NCBI GenBank assembly: GCA_029856125.1
Contig: JAHQWJ010000041.1
Span: 1-43,191, forward strand
Reading direction: 5' to 3'
Length of the DNA stretch: 43,191 bases
From: Promethearchaeia archaeon
GTDB lineage: Archaea; Asgardarchaeota; Lokiarchaeia; Sigyniarchaeales; SOKP01
Position numbers and translations under genes: made by a program. The first letter of the stretch is position 1. Each line of letters opens with the position of its first letter. Of this stretch, positions 17,626 to 26,007 are shown in pieces. The notes beneath the pieces are model-generated. The model had not been told where the DNA came from. It ran no database searches and saw only the letters and a list, made by a program, of their open reading frames with translations.

Positions 17626-18738
17626 TTACCAGAGTAAAATGTTTCCACAATTCTTACATGTACCTTCGTTAATTTGCATGTTAAGGCAATTTTCGTGATA
17701 AGTGGTCCCACATGATTGGCACTTATAAATTTTCCCTGTATATTCGCCATAATCGTATCCACAATAACTACATTTCTCTCCAAATGAGAAGTCAGCGCTA
17801 TTTGCGTCAACTTCAACTATTTGAGAAGTGCCCGTTAAACCCGTATTTGAATTAGAGGGATTTAAGTATTGGTTGTTTTGTGCATAAGAGGTTTCCTGTT
17901 GCGGTTGGTTGTAAGTTTGAGGCTGTTCCCAATCTGAAACATATCCTTTTGCAGGTTTTTTTGCAATTCCCATTTTGGCAGATACTTTTTCATCTAATAT
18001 ATTGGTTAAAATTAAGGCTGAAGCATATTTACCCTTTGCTCCTCCTTTTTGTAAATGCGTATGGGAAATTAAATGAATAACGCGCCCCCCAGCGTTTCCA
18101 TGATCAAAATAACACAAAACAGAATCCTCACCCCATTTCTTTTGTATACGATTAGACCGAATTAGGACGCGAACTGCTGGGTTGAGAATTTGAATAGGAA
18201 AAGACCTATTTTCAAGCCACCACTTAAATTCAGCTTTCTTTGTGTCTTTAGCTGTCATTTTTTGCCACTTAGCTTGTTGTATTTCGCTTAATACGCCGTC
18301 TAAGAAAGGATGATTTGGTTCAACAATTTGACACGGAACGACAGCATCAGCAGTTTTTTGTCCGTTCCATCGAATATAACCGGGAAAAATAGTTTCAACG
18401 ATATATTTTATTGCCCAATCAGTCGTTATCAACCACCCTCCTTTTAGAGACACGTACTCGTTGATTTTTGGGAAAGCTGAATGCGGAATTTTGTCTCCAG
18501 GGCATCCGATTAAAACAACATCGTAATCACTTAAATTATGTTTCATTATATCGTTTGGTTTAATAGTTATATGTTTTGCGGCATACATGTGATCTATCAC
18601 CTTTCTAGGGTGTTCATAGCGACCTTCCACCGCAAGGATTCTACCATGCTTTTCAACCGCTTTTACAACATCTTTTTTATCAAGTGCTTCCATTTTGCGA
18701 CGTTTAACTTCAGAATACAGATCCTTCCAGCTACTCAT
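17626..18738 (-). CDS. Class I GATase-like fold domain fused to a C-terminal C4HC3 (PHD/RING-variant) zinc finger
   Basis: LSDYDVVLIGCPG...YVSLKGGWLITTDWA; Q/N-rich linker; C-x2-C-x14-C-x2-C-x4-H-x2-C-x9-C-x2-C at the C-terminus. Confidence 0.75.
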   Translation of the reverse strand: MSSWKDLYSEVKRRKMEALDKKDVVKAVEKHGRILAVEGRYEHPRKVIDHMYAAKHITIKPNDIMKHNLSDYDVVLIGCPGDKIPHSAFPKINEYVSLKGGWLITTDWAIKYIVETIFPGYIRWNGQKTADAVVPCQIVEPNHPFLDGVLSEIQQAKWQKMTAKDTKKAEFKWWLENRSFPIQILNPAVRVLIRSNRIQKKWGEDSVLCYFDHGNAGGRVIHLISHTHLQKGGAKGKYASALILTNILDEKVSAKMGIAKKPAKGYVSDWEQPQTYNQPQQETSYAQNNQYLNPSNSNTGLTGTSQIVEVDANSADFSFGEKCSYCGYDYGEYTGKIYKCQSCGTTYHENCLNMQINEGTCKNCGNILLW

Positions 18739-18822
18739 AATATATCTATTATTACAATTGTTATAAGGAATTAAATATTATTTTGTATAAGTAATAAAAA
18801 ATAATTCACATTTATATTTGCA

Positions 18823-20349
18823 TTGGAAGCGATAATTATGGAAGATTTAAAAGATTTTGGCGAGCCGTTAGAATTTTGGGAATATTTTTACGAAATTACG
18901 AGAATTCCTCGATGCTCGACTCATGAAGATAAGATTAGGGAATATATTAAAAAAGAAGCGGAGAAATTGGGGTTTCAAACTGAAGTTGATGCAATAAAAA
19001 ATTTGGTTGTACGGATTCCTTCAAACAGAGATTCTGAAGGTAATAAATTAGGAGTCGTACTACAAAGCCACATGGATATGGTGTGCGAAAAAAATAAAAA
19101 TATACAGCACGATTTCTCAAGTGATCCCTTAAAATTAAAAACGATTGAAATTGATAACGAAAAATGGTTAACTGCTGAAGGTACGACATTGGGTGCAGAT
19201 AATGGTGTTGGTATCGCATATCAGCTTGCTATTATGAAAAAAATACATGATGGAAGCTTAGATTTTGATACTCTTGATCTAGATTTATTATTCACTGTCG
19301 ATGAGGAGAGAGGACTTTCTGGTGCTAGTCAAATGGATAAAAATTTGATAAGTGGAAAATATTTGTTAAACCTTGATTCAGAAGAAGATGATAGATTTAC
19401 TATTGGGTGTGCTGGAGGAAGGGTCTTTAAAGCTGAAGTCAATTACGAGAAAGAATTAATAAGCACCCCAAATTTAAGAGCAGTAAAAATCTCCATTTCT
19501 GGACTACTTGGTGGGCATTCAGGTTCAGATATTAATAAAAATAGAGGGAACGCTTTAAAAATTTTAACTGAAATAATATGGAAAATAAATTCGAAATATA
19601 GTATTTTAGTTAATTCTTTAGAGGGAGGAAACCTAACTAATGCGATTACTAGAGAAGCTTGTGCTATTTTCTTTTTAGAAAAGAGCCAATGGAATGAAGT
19701 TGAATCATTCTTAAAAAAAATAACACCTAATATTAAGGATCTTTATGAGGGAACAGACTCGAACTTAGTAATTTCAATAGAGCTCCTAAAAGATTTCACT
19801 GATCAAACAGCATTTTCACAAGATTTCCAAAATAAATTAATTGACCTCTTTTATTTGATACCAAACGGACCTATTTCTTTGCACCCTACAAGTGTAGGCT
19901 TAGTGCATACATCACTGAATTTTGCAGTAGTGCACACATTGGAAAATGTAATCGAATTCAAAGTTAGTACTAGAAGTTTAGCACAATACGATAAAGATAC
20001 TTTATTTGAGAAGCTAAAGACGCTCTTAAAAACGTCTGGATTAGTAATAAACATTGAGATAGTTACTATCTATCCAAGTTGGCCACCAGTTTTTAACTCA
20101 AAGCTAACTGAAATATCTAAACAAGTATATAAAAATCTTTTTGATAAAGAAGTAATTATCCAAGCGATTCATGCCGGATTGGAATGTGCTTTTTTTAGTC
20201 ATTATTATCCAGATATGGAGATGATATCTTTAGGTCCAGATGTACGCGGTGGTCATTCTCCCGACGAGAGGTTAAACATAAGAAGTGTATCAAAAATATG
20301 GAAATTTCTATTAACTTTGCTTAAAAATTTAGCTCAATTTAACGAATAA
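18823..20349 (+). CDS. pepD: Aminoacyl-histidine dipeptidase (M20C, PepD)
   Basis: LQSHMDMVCEK; GTTLGADNGVG; TVDEERG; NLDSEE; GGHSG; IHAGLEC; HSPDE. Likely start is the ATG at 18838. Confidence 0.93.
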   Translation: MEAIIMEDLKDFGEPLEFWEYFYEITRIPRCSTHEDKIREYIKKEAEKLGFQTEVDAIKNLVVRIPSNRDSEGNKLGVVLQSHMDMVCEKNKNIQHDFSSDPLKLKTIEIDNEKWLTAEGTTLGADNGVGIAYQLAIMKKIHDGSLDFDTLDLDLLFTVDEERGLSGASQMDKNLISGKYLLNLDSEEDDRFTIGCAGGRVFKAEVNYEKELISTPNLRAVKISISGLLGGHSGSDINKNRGNALKILTEIIWKINSKYSILVNSLEGGNLTNAITREACAIFFLEKSQWNEVESFLKKITPNIKDLYEGTDSNLVISIELLKDFTDQTAFSQDFQNKLIDLFYLIPNGPISLHPTSVGLVHTSLNFAVVHTLENVIEFKVSTRSLAQYDKDTLFEKLKTLLKTSGLVINIEIVTIYPSWPPVFNSKLTEISKQVYKNLFDKEVIIQAIHAGLECAFFSHYYPDMEMISLGPDVRGGHSPDERLNIRSVSKIWKFLLTLLKNLAQFNE

Positions 20350-20380
20350 TAAATTCTTATATAACAAAATTTTAATTTAA

Positions 20381-20394
20381 AAAAAATTTATAAA
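20381..20394 (+). promoter_or_regulatory. Candidate BRE-TATA box for the OSTC-like gene
   Basis: A-run followed by TTTATAAA (20387-20394), about 28 nt before the ATG at 20422. Specificity is low in AT-rich DNA. Confidence 0.3.
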
Positions 20395-20421
20395 TCAAAG
20401 CAAATAAATTTCGAGATTACT

Positions 20422-20949
20422 ATGCAAGAGGAAAGAAGAAATAAAACAAAAGCAGCTAAAGATGAAGTTTTAGGTTCGGAGACAGTATTTGAAAAAATTA
20501 AAGGTAGAACGCCATGGATTTTTGGCAAAGCATTGAGAAAACCAAAAATTTTGTTTCCAAGTTTAAAAAGACGCAGATTGGGAATTCCTCTTCCAGGTAA
20601 ATCAATCGCAGTAATAGGAGTTTACATTATTCTGTTCCTTTTGCAGACAGGAATAGTTTATTTGGTATTTAGAGAAGTTCCTGCTTTGGGTTCTAATCAA
20701 GATGGTAGTCCCATGTTTCTATATCCTGATATAAACGAGTCATTCATAATTGAAGGTATTGTTGCTTCTATTTTTATTTTTATGTGTTCTATTGGCTTTA
20801 TTTTATTATACCAAGCATCAAAGTTCGTATATAATAAGAGTGTAGCAGCTAGATATTTAGCCGTAGGTATTCTTCTTATATTAGCGTCCTTTATTACATT
20901 ACAGGCAATGATAACGATTAAACTAGGTCAAAGATTATTTAATGTGTAA
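20422..20949 (+). CDS. Oligosaccharyltransferase subunit OSTC/DC2-like (OST3/OST6 membrane-domain family)
   Basis: FLLQTGIVYLVFREVPALGS...FIIEGIVASIFIFMCSIGFILL...ITIKL parallels DC2/OSTC as I recall it ([20 protein letters not shown]...[22 protein letters not shown]...MRMKL). Three TM helices, no thioredoxin domain. Confidence 0.8.
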   Translation: MQEERRNKTKAAKDEVLGSETVFEKIKGRTPWIFGKALRKPKILFPSLKRRRLGIPLPGKSIAVIGVYIILFLLQTGIVYLVFREVPALGSNQDGSPMFLYPDINESFIIEGIVASIFIFMCSIGFILLYQASKFVYNKSVAARYLAVGILLILASFITLQAMITIKLGQRLFNV

Positions 20950-20967
20950 TTAACTTAAATTTACATG

Positions 20968-21040
20968 TTGCACAATCTTCCTATTCATCTAGTTAGGAGA
21001 GTTTGAATTAGCAAAGAATTTATGGGAGGATTGGTTGTAA
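20968..21040 (+). ncRNA. Candidate structured RNA (long stem-loop) in a convergent intergenic region
   Basis: CAATCTTCCTA (20973-20983) pairs with TGGGAGGATTG (21023-21033) using two G-U pairs, extended by TTGCA/TGTAA. Confidence 0.3.
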
Positions 21041-21145
21041 TTTGTTAAAATTCTAAACTATAACTATTGATAATTTTAGAATTCTCTGTTTTTAATTAGG
21101 GAAAGAAAAAAAATAAAAATTAGTTAACTATCTTTAAAATTTGAT

Positions 21146-21547
21146 TTAACTGAGGGATGCAATATGGGATTTATATGCGGCGTCATCCAATAAATTTCCT
21201 TTCTCGGCATCCCAATTGGAAGCATCAATCTTAAATAACCAAGCGGTAAGTGCATTTTCATTGATTTTTTCAGGTTCATCCATTAAATCGCTATTTACCG
21301 CACTAACTGTACCTGATACGGGACAATAAACATCTCCAACTGCTTTGCTTGATTCCACTGTAGCGTCTATTGGATCTGAGGAAGGTTCGTCTCCATCCAT
21401 TGTTACTTGAGAAAGTTCAGCACCCTCGAGGGCATCTACATCCACAAACGAAATTTCTCCTAATTGCTCAGCGGCATAAGGAGTAAGTCCTACTTCACCA
21501 GTTTCATCATTATACCATTGATGGGTTTTAGTATACCAAATTGCCAT
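21146..21547 (-). CDS. gcvH: Glycine cleavage system H protein (lipoyl carrier)
   Basis: YTKTHQW; VGLTPYAAEQLGEISFV; VESSKAVGDVYCPVSG (lipoyl-Lys); PEKIN; WLFKI. Confidence 0.92.
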   Translation of the reverse strand: MAIWYTKTHQWYNDETGEVGLTPYAAEQLGEISFVDVDALEGAELSQVTMDGDEPSSDPIDATVESSKAVGDVYCPVSGTVSAVNSDLMDEPEKINENALTAWLFKIDASNWDAEKGNLLDDAAYKSHIASLS

Positions 21548-21681
21548 ACTTTATACAACTCTTAGCTCTAATTTTAATATTTTATATAATATCGAATTTA
21601 ATGATATGATAAAGTTAATTATATCATTGATTTAAAATTTATTTATTGAGAAATATTTTTTAAAAGTAAATACCGATATAT

Positions 21682-22512
21682 ATGAAAAATTCACTTAAGG
21701 CTCAAGTCGAATCTCATATTGAATTTAGAGATTGGTATCGTAAGATAGTAAATGATTTTAATTTTGATCTTCAAAAAGATCGAGAAGCAAGAGATTTATT
21801 ATCTCGTATTTTAGAAAAAAAAACCAACTCGTATAACCTTGAGGAGATTTTGCTCTCTTTTAAGCAAAATATCCAAAAAAAAGAACAAATCTGTGTTTAT
21901 GGTTGTGGTCCTTCATTAGAAGAATCAGTTGATTTTATATTAAGTAATTTAGGAAAAAACTTTTTTAATAACTGTGTAAATTTAGCTGCTGATGGAGCTG
22001 CTCGATTGTTGAATGAGAGAACGATACAGGTTGATGGTATTATAACTGATTTAGATGGAATCACTAAAAGAGATTTCTTCAAGGCGAAATTTGTGATCGT
22101 TCATGCACATGGAGACAATATTCTTCTTTTAGAGCATTTTAAAAACACAATTATTAACTTCACAAAAATAATCGGAACAACTCAAGCAGAATCAACTTAC
22201 AATCTAATTAATCCCGGTGGCTTTACAGATGGAGATAGGGTTTTAGCTTTGATAATTTCTTTTTTATTACCTCAACAAGAACTATATTTAATAGGCATGG
22301 ATTTTGACAATATTGTGGGAAATTATAGCAAACCAAATCGCGAAAAGAATTATGTAGCTGATCCAATTAAGTTAAAAAAATTACAATATGCATTGCAGAT
22401 AATCGAGTGGTTAATACCAAAAGTAAAAATACCCATGTATTTAATTAACGCCAAACCTATATCAGATAAATTAAATTATTTGACTCTTGAAGCATTTAAA
22501 GAAAGATTTTAA
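21682..22512 (+). CDS. mptE: 6-hydroxymethyl-7,8-dihydropterin pyrophosphokinase MptE-like (DUF115)
   Basis: GCGPSL; AADGA; ITDLDG; VHAHGDN; GTTQ; NPGGFTDGDR; GMDF. Confidence 0.88.
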   Translation: MKNSLKAQVESHIEFRDWYRKIVNDFNFDLQKDREARDLLSRILEKKTNSYNLEEILLSFKQNIQKKEQICVYGCGPSLEESVDFILSNLGKNFFNNCVNLAADGAARLLNERTIQVDGIITDLDGITKRDFFKAKFVIVHAHGDNILLLEHFKNTIINFTKIIGTTQAESTYNLINPGGFTDGDRVLALIISFLLPQQELYLIGMDFDNIVGNYSKPNREKNYVADPIKLKKLQYALQIIEWLIPKVKIPMYLINAKPISDKLNYLTLEAFKERF

Positions 22513-22516
22513 GAAC

Positions 22517-23323
22517 TTACATTTTATAATCTTCTATCCCCCGCTTAGTAATAGAATATAATACTTTTTTCTCAGGAAGAAAGTGAGAGTTTACTATATG
22601 AATATAGATCATGTCTTTTTCCTTATAGCTTAAATACAATACTTCTGAGAAAAAGTGATTTAAATATTGTATTCCAACTGGAAACTCTTTAACAACCGCT
22701 TCTTCAATAAAATTTGGAGCTACTTGAGCTGTTAAAATTGTAATTAATTGAAAACGCTGAGTTAAATTATTTATTTTTTCTAAAATTTTAAAATATGTGG
22801 TTTTTGCTTTTAAAAAGGATAAATGTTTATCGCTGCGCTCAATTCTGAAAAAATTGTTAATAGAGTCGATTATTAATAGTTTTACATTATTGGATTTGAT
22901 TATAGAATCCAATTCATTAAGTTTCATTAAAAGGGCATTGTTACTCATGATTTTTGACACATAAATATTCTTTAATGTCTTTTCGGAGTTATATTTGTTG
23001 GATTCTGCTAACTCTCGAACTCTTTCGGGACGAAAGGTGTTTTCTGTGTCTAAATAAACAACTTTAAAGGAATTATTAAACGCCTGTACTGATAATTGAT
23101 GACATATCTGAGTTTTTCCTGTCTTGTTAGCTCCAAAAACGACATAACCTTTACCTGAAAAGAATCCACCGCCAATTACTTTATTAAAATTCTTGGAACC
23201 AGTTGAAATTAAGGTTTTTTTATGTTTTGTTCTTTCAATTTCACTAATGATTTTTTTCTTATCGATTGTATTAGATTCAAATAACTCTCCCATAATAAGT
23301 CGGTCTCTTAACATTCTCAGCAA
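22517..23323 (-). CDS. RadA/Rad51 paralog lacking the N-terminal HhH domain
   Basis: ISTGSKNFNKVIGGGF; Walker A GANKTGKT; YLDTENTFRPER; Walker B LLIIDS. Confidence 0.85.
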   Translation of the reverse strand: MLRMLRDRLIMGELFESNTIDKKKIISEIERTKHKKTLISTGSKNFNKVIGGGFFSGKGYVVFGANKTGKTQICHQLSVQAFNNSFKVVYLDTENTFRPERVRELAESNKYNSEKTLKNIYVSKIMSNNALLMKLNELDSIIKSNNVKLLIIDSINNFFRIERSDKHLSFLKAKTTYFKILEKINNLTQRFQLITILTAQVAPNFIEEAVVKEFPVGIQYLNHFFSEVLYLSYKEKDMIYIHIVNSHFLPEKKVLYSITKRGIEDYKM

Positions 23324-23494
23324 ATAATAATTAAAAATCTCTAAATAAACAATAAAAACTTAATTAGGTAATGCTTATTTTTGATAAAGTATTAAATCGT
23401 AAAATTAATTTTTGATTAAATATTGACTATTATTTATATTAATTTTAACATTTGTTTTTATACAATTAGATAATAATTTTTTCATCCTCTAAAA

Positions 23495-24097
23495 ATGGCA
23501 AAAAAAAAGAAGGAAGTATGTCCGTATTGTGGAAACAGTTTTGCGTATCTTAGTCGACATAAGTGCAAAGTAAAGGAGAGAGTTGAAGGTACGGAAGAAG
23601 AAGGAAAATCTGATACTGAACGAAGATTGGAAAGAATTGAGGAAAGGAAAAGAGAAGAGGGTCGTAGTTTAAGAAAGGATGAACGAATAGTTCTCAATAT
23701 TATCTCACGAGAAAAGGATATTTATTTTGAACAACTTTTAGAGATAACAAAGAAGGAACGAATCGATCTCGATAGAATTCTAAATACTTTATCAATTCAA
23801 TCAAAAATACACATAGATCGAGAGCTAATGGTAGCCTCGTGGACAAAACACATAACCTTAAATGAATCGTATGATGTAGAAATAAAAGATCGGAAAATTG
23901 ACAAGAATAAAGACGATTATATTTTAGATGTTTTTTCACGCCAGCCATGTTTAATCTGCCCCTTTGCGAGTAAATGTAATAGTACTAACCTTGATCAATA
24001 TAATCCAATACATTGCCCTTGGTTATCAGATTGGATACAATTTTCTCTGGAAGGGAAGATTTATAACATAAATTTTGAGGAAACTGAAGATAAATGA
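23495..24097 (+). CDS. TFE-beta / RNA polymerase III RPC34(C39)-like protein with an extra N-terminal zinc finger
   Basis: N-terminal CPYC-x9-HKC; central winged-helix-like region; C-terminal PCLICPFASKC...NPIHCPWLSDWI matches the 4-Cys Fe-S motif of C39/TFE-beta. Confidence 0.75.
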   Translation: MAKKKKEVCPYCGNSFAYLSRHKCKVKERVEGTEEEGKSDTERRLERIEERKREEGRSLRKDERIVLNIISREKDIYFEQLLEITKKERIDLDRILNTLSIQSKIHIDRELMVASWTKHITLNESYDVEIKDRKIDKNKDDYILDVFSRQPCLICPFASKCNSTNLDQYNPIHCPWLSDWIQFSLEGKIYNINFEETEDK

Positions 24098-24101
24098 ATT
24101 A

Positions 24102-24740
24102 TTAATACTTCTTCTTTAAACCGATTAAATAAATTTCATTACTCTTTTTATTAGAAGATTTTGGTTTTAAGCTTCTTACAACCATAAAATGGTGTTTCAT
24201 CTTTTTGTAGAAATTCTCGAAATCAGCTCCTTGAAATACTTTTATTAAGAAATTTCCTTTGATTTTGAGGTTTTGAGTAAGCTTAAGGATGTTGAGACAG
24301 AGTTTAATTTGCCTTGCTTGATCACTAAACTTATTACCTGATTTGTTAATACTAGCATCAGAAAGAATGAGATCAAGTTTTTCTCCGTTGAAATAATTAT
24401 TAATTTCCACTTGAAACTCGGGAGATGTAAAATCCATTTTAACTATTTTTATGTCTTCAATAGGGGATAATCTCTTGAGATCTACTCCCATAATTTTGTA
24501 ATGATCGCGGTGATAATATTTGTCGTTGTGTTTTGTTAAATTTAATTCCGCATATTTTTTAGCTACTTGTAACCACGAACCCGGAGTACTACCTAAATCT
24601 AATATATAATACGCTCTTTTAAAAACATTATATCTTTTTTGAATATCCAGTAATTTAAAAGCTGATCGGGCTCTGTACCCCTCCCGCTTAGCTTGTTTAT
24701 AAACTGCATCTTTTCTATGTTCTTCTGCATCTTTTGACAT
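24102..24740 (-). CDS. rlmE: FtsJ/RlmE-family RNA 2'-O-methyltransferase
   Basis: GYRARSAFKLL; DLGSTPGSWLQV; GVDL; ILSDA; KVFQG; KPKSS...SNEIY (K-D-K-E tetrad). Confidence 0.85.
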   Translation of the reverse strand: MSKDAEEHRKDAVYKQAKREGYRARSAFKLLDIQKRYNVFKRAYYILDLGSTPGSWLQVAKKYAELNLTKHNDKYYHRDHYKIMGVDLKRLSPIEDIKIVKMDFTSPEFQVEINNYFNGEKLDLILSDASINKSGNKFSDQARQIKLCLNILKLTQNLKIKGNFLIKVFQGADFENFYKKMKHHFMVVRSLKPKSSNKKSNEIYLIGLKKKY

Positions 24741-24750
24741 GATTTTAATA

Positions 24751-25980
24751 CTAATTTAATTTTTTATTTTGTTTTAAGACTTTTTTTAATTCGTCGATTT
24801 TCATGTCTGTTTTTATCGAAATAAAATCGAAGTGAGTCCTTGAGGCTTTATAACCTTTCTCCTCAATTATCTTAATTATGTCTTCAAGTTTGGGGATAGA
24901 TGAAAGTTTTAATTGCTGCGATATTTTATGAATGTTATAATAAGAAACAGGCATATTTATTTCCGCGAGTGCGAATTTAAGGATTTTTCTTATCCTATTT
25001 TTGTTTTTAAAATTGAATTTCTCATTTAAAATACTTAACTCTTCTAAATATGATTCTTGATGCAACTCACCAACCCATAAAGGTCCAGAATATGACAAAT
25101 GCTTTCCACTTAGGCATATTGGGCATTTTTGAGGAACTTTTAAGAGATCCTCAATAATTAATGAACGATCCCCACAATTATTACAATGAATAATATACCC
25201 GTAATTTTTTGGTAAATTTTTTAATATCTTTGACTTCCCTCTGAAACTTAGTGCAAAAATTCTTATGAAATGGTTAGAATAGAAAGTTAAAAGCGGTATT
25301 ATGCCTAAATTGTTTATATTAGCAATTCTTGAGATAAAAGATATTAATATTCGCGCCCCAATTTCCTTGCAGTAATCTGTGTGAAGCGGTTTGGCCATAT
25401 ATTTTCTAATACAAGCCTTTGGTTTAACTCCAAATAACACTGCTGTATCTGTCGCCGTTATACATAACAACCCGTTATCTTTTTTTATTGCTTTAAAGGC
25501 AGAATCAATAAAAAAATTTGGAGTGCCAAAGGGATCGATTGAAATAACATCTGGTAAGACAGAATTTCGAGAAATTTCAGAAAATAATAGGTTAGCGTCT
25601 TTATTTAATACTTCCGCTTGTTCAGGATCAATTTTATTTAATTCTAAATTGTGTTTAATTAGCTCAATTGATATGGGATTTATGTCGTTTAAATATATTT
25701 TTTCAACATTCTTTGTATTTTTTAACAATCTTATTAAACCAATACCCGAAGCCGCCATTGAATCTACTACTACTAACGGGGTTTGGCTTATAGTGTTATT
25801 ATATGCTAGAATAGCTAAGATTGAAATATCCCTGTTTATCTCCATTCTTTCGTTATAAAAGACATTCATAGATTTAGAGGGGATAGCATTGTTATCTGTT
25901 TCGTGTAAAAAGAATTTCACAGAACCTTCTTGTTTTGTAATGTATTTATTTTTACCAGAATCTTGATTTTCAGTTTTCAT
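24751..25980 (-). CDS. trm1: tRNA (guanine(26)-N2)-dimethyltransferase
   Basis: VFYNERMEINRDIS; MAASGIG; NDIN; IDPFGTP; TATDTAVL; GPLWVG; ASRTHF. Confidence 0.93.
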   Translation of the reverse strand: MKTENQDSGKNKYITKQEGSVKFFLHETDNNAIPSKSMNVFYNERMEINRDISILAILAYNNTISQTPLVVVDSMAASGIGLIRLLKNTKNVEKIYLNDINPISIELIKHNLELNKIDPEQAEVLNKDANLLFSEISRNSVLPDVISIDPFGTPNFFIDSAFKAIKKDNGLLCITATDTAVLFGVKPKACIRKYMAKPLHTDYCKEIGARILISFISRIANINNLGIIPLLTFYSNHFIRIFALSFRGKSKILKNLPKNYGYIIHCNNCGDRSLIIEDLLKVPQKCPICLSGKHLSYSGPLWVGELHQESYLEELSILNEKFNFKNKNRIRKILKFALAEINMPVSYYNIHKISQQLKLSSIPKLEDIIKIIEEKGYKASRTHFDFISIKTDMKIDELKKVLKQNKKLN

Positions 25981-26007
25981 ATTATCTTTTACTTATTAAC
26001 TAGTGAA

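Noticed and set aside
17619-17816. 65-aa same-strand ORF overlapping the C4HC3 finger
   Set aside because: It is an alternative frame of a coherent zinc-finger coding region, with no sign of a frameshift.
20950-21145. Possible SECIS element (Lokiarchaeia encode selenocysteine)
   Set aside because: Neither flanking gene has an in-frame TGA, and the hairpin lacks a clear AUGA/GA core.
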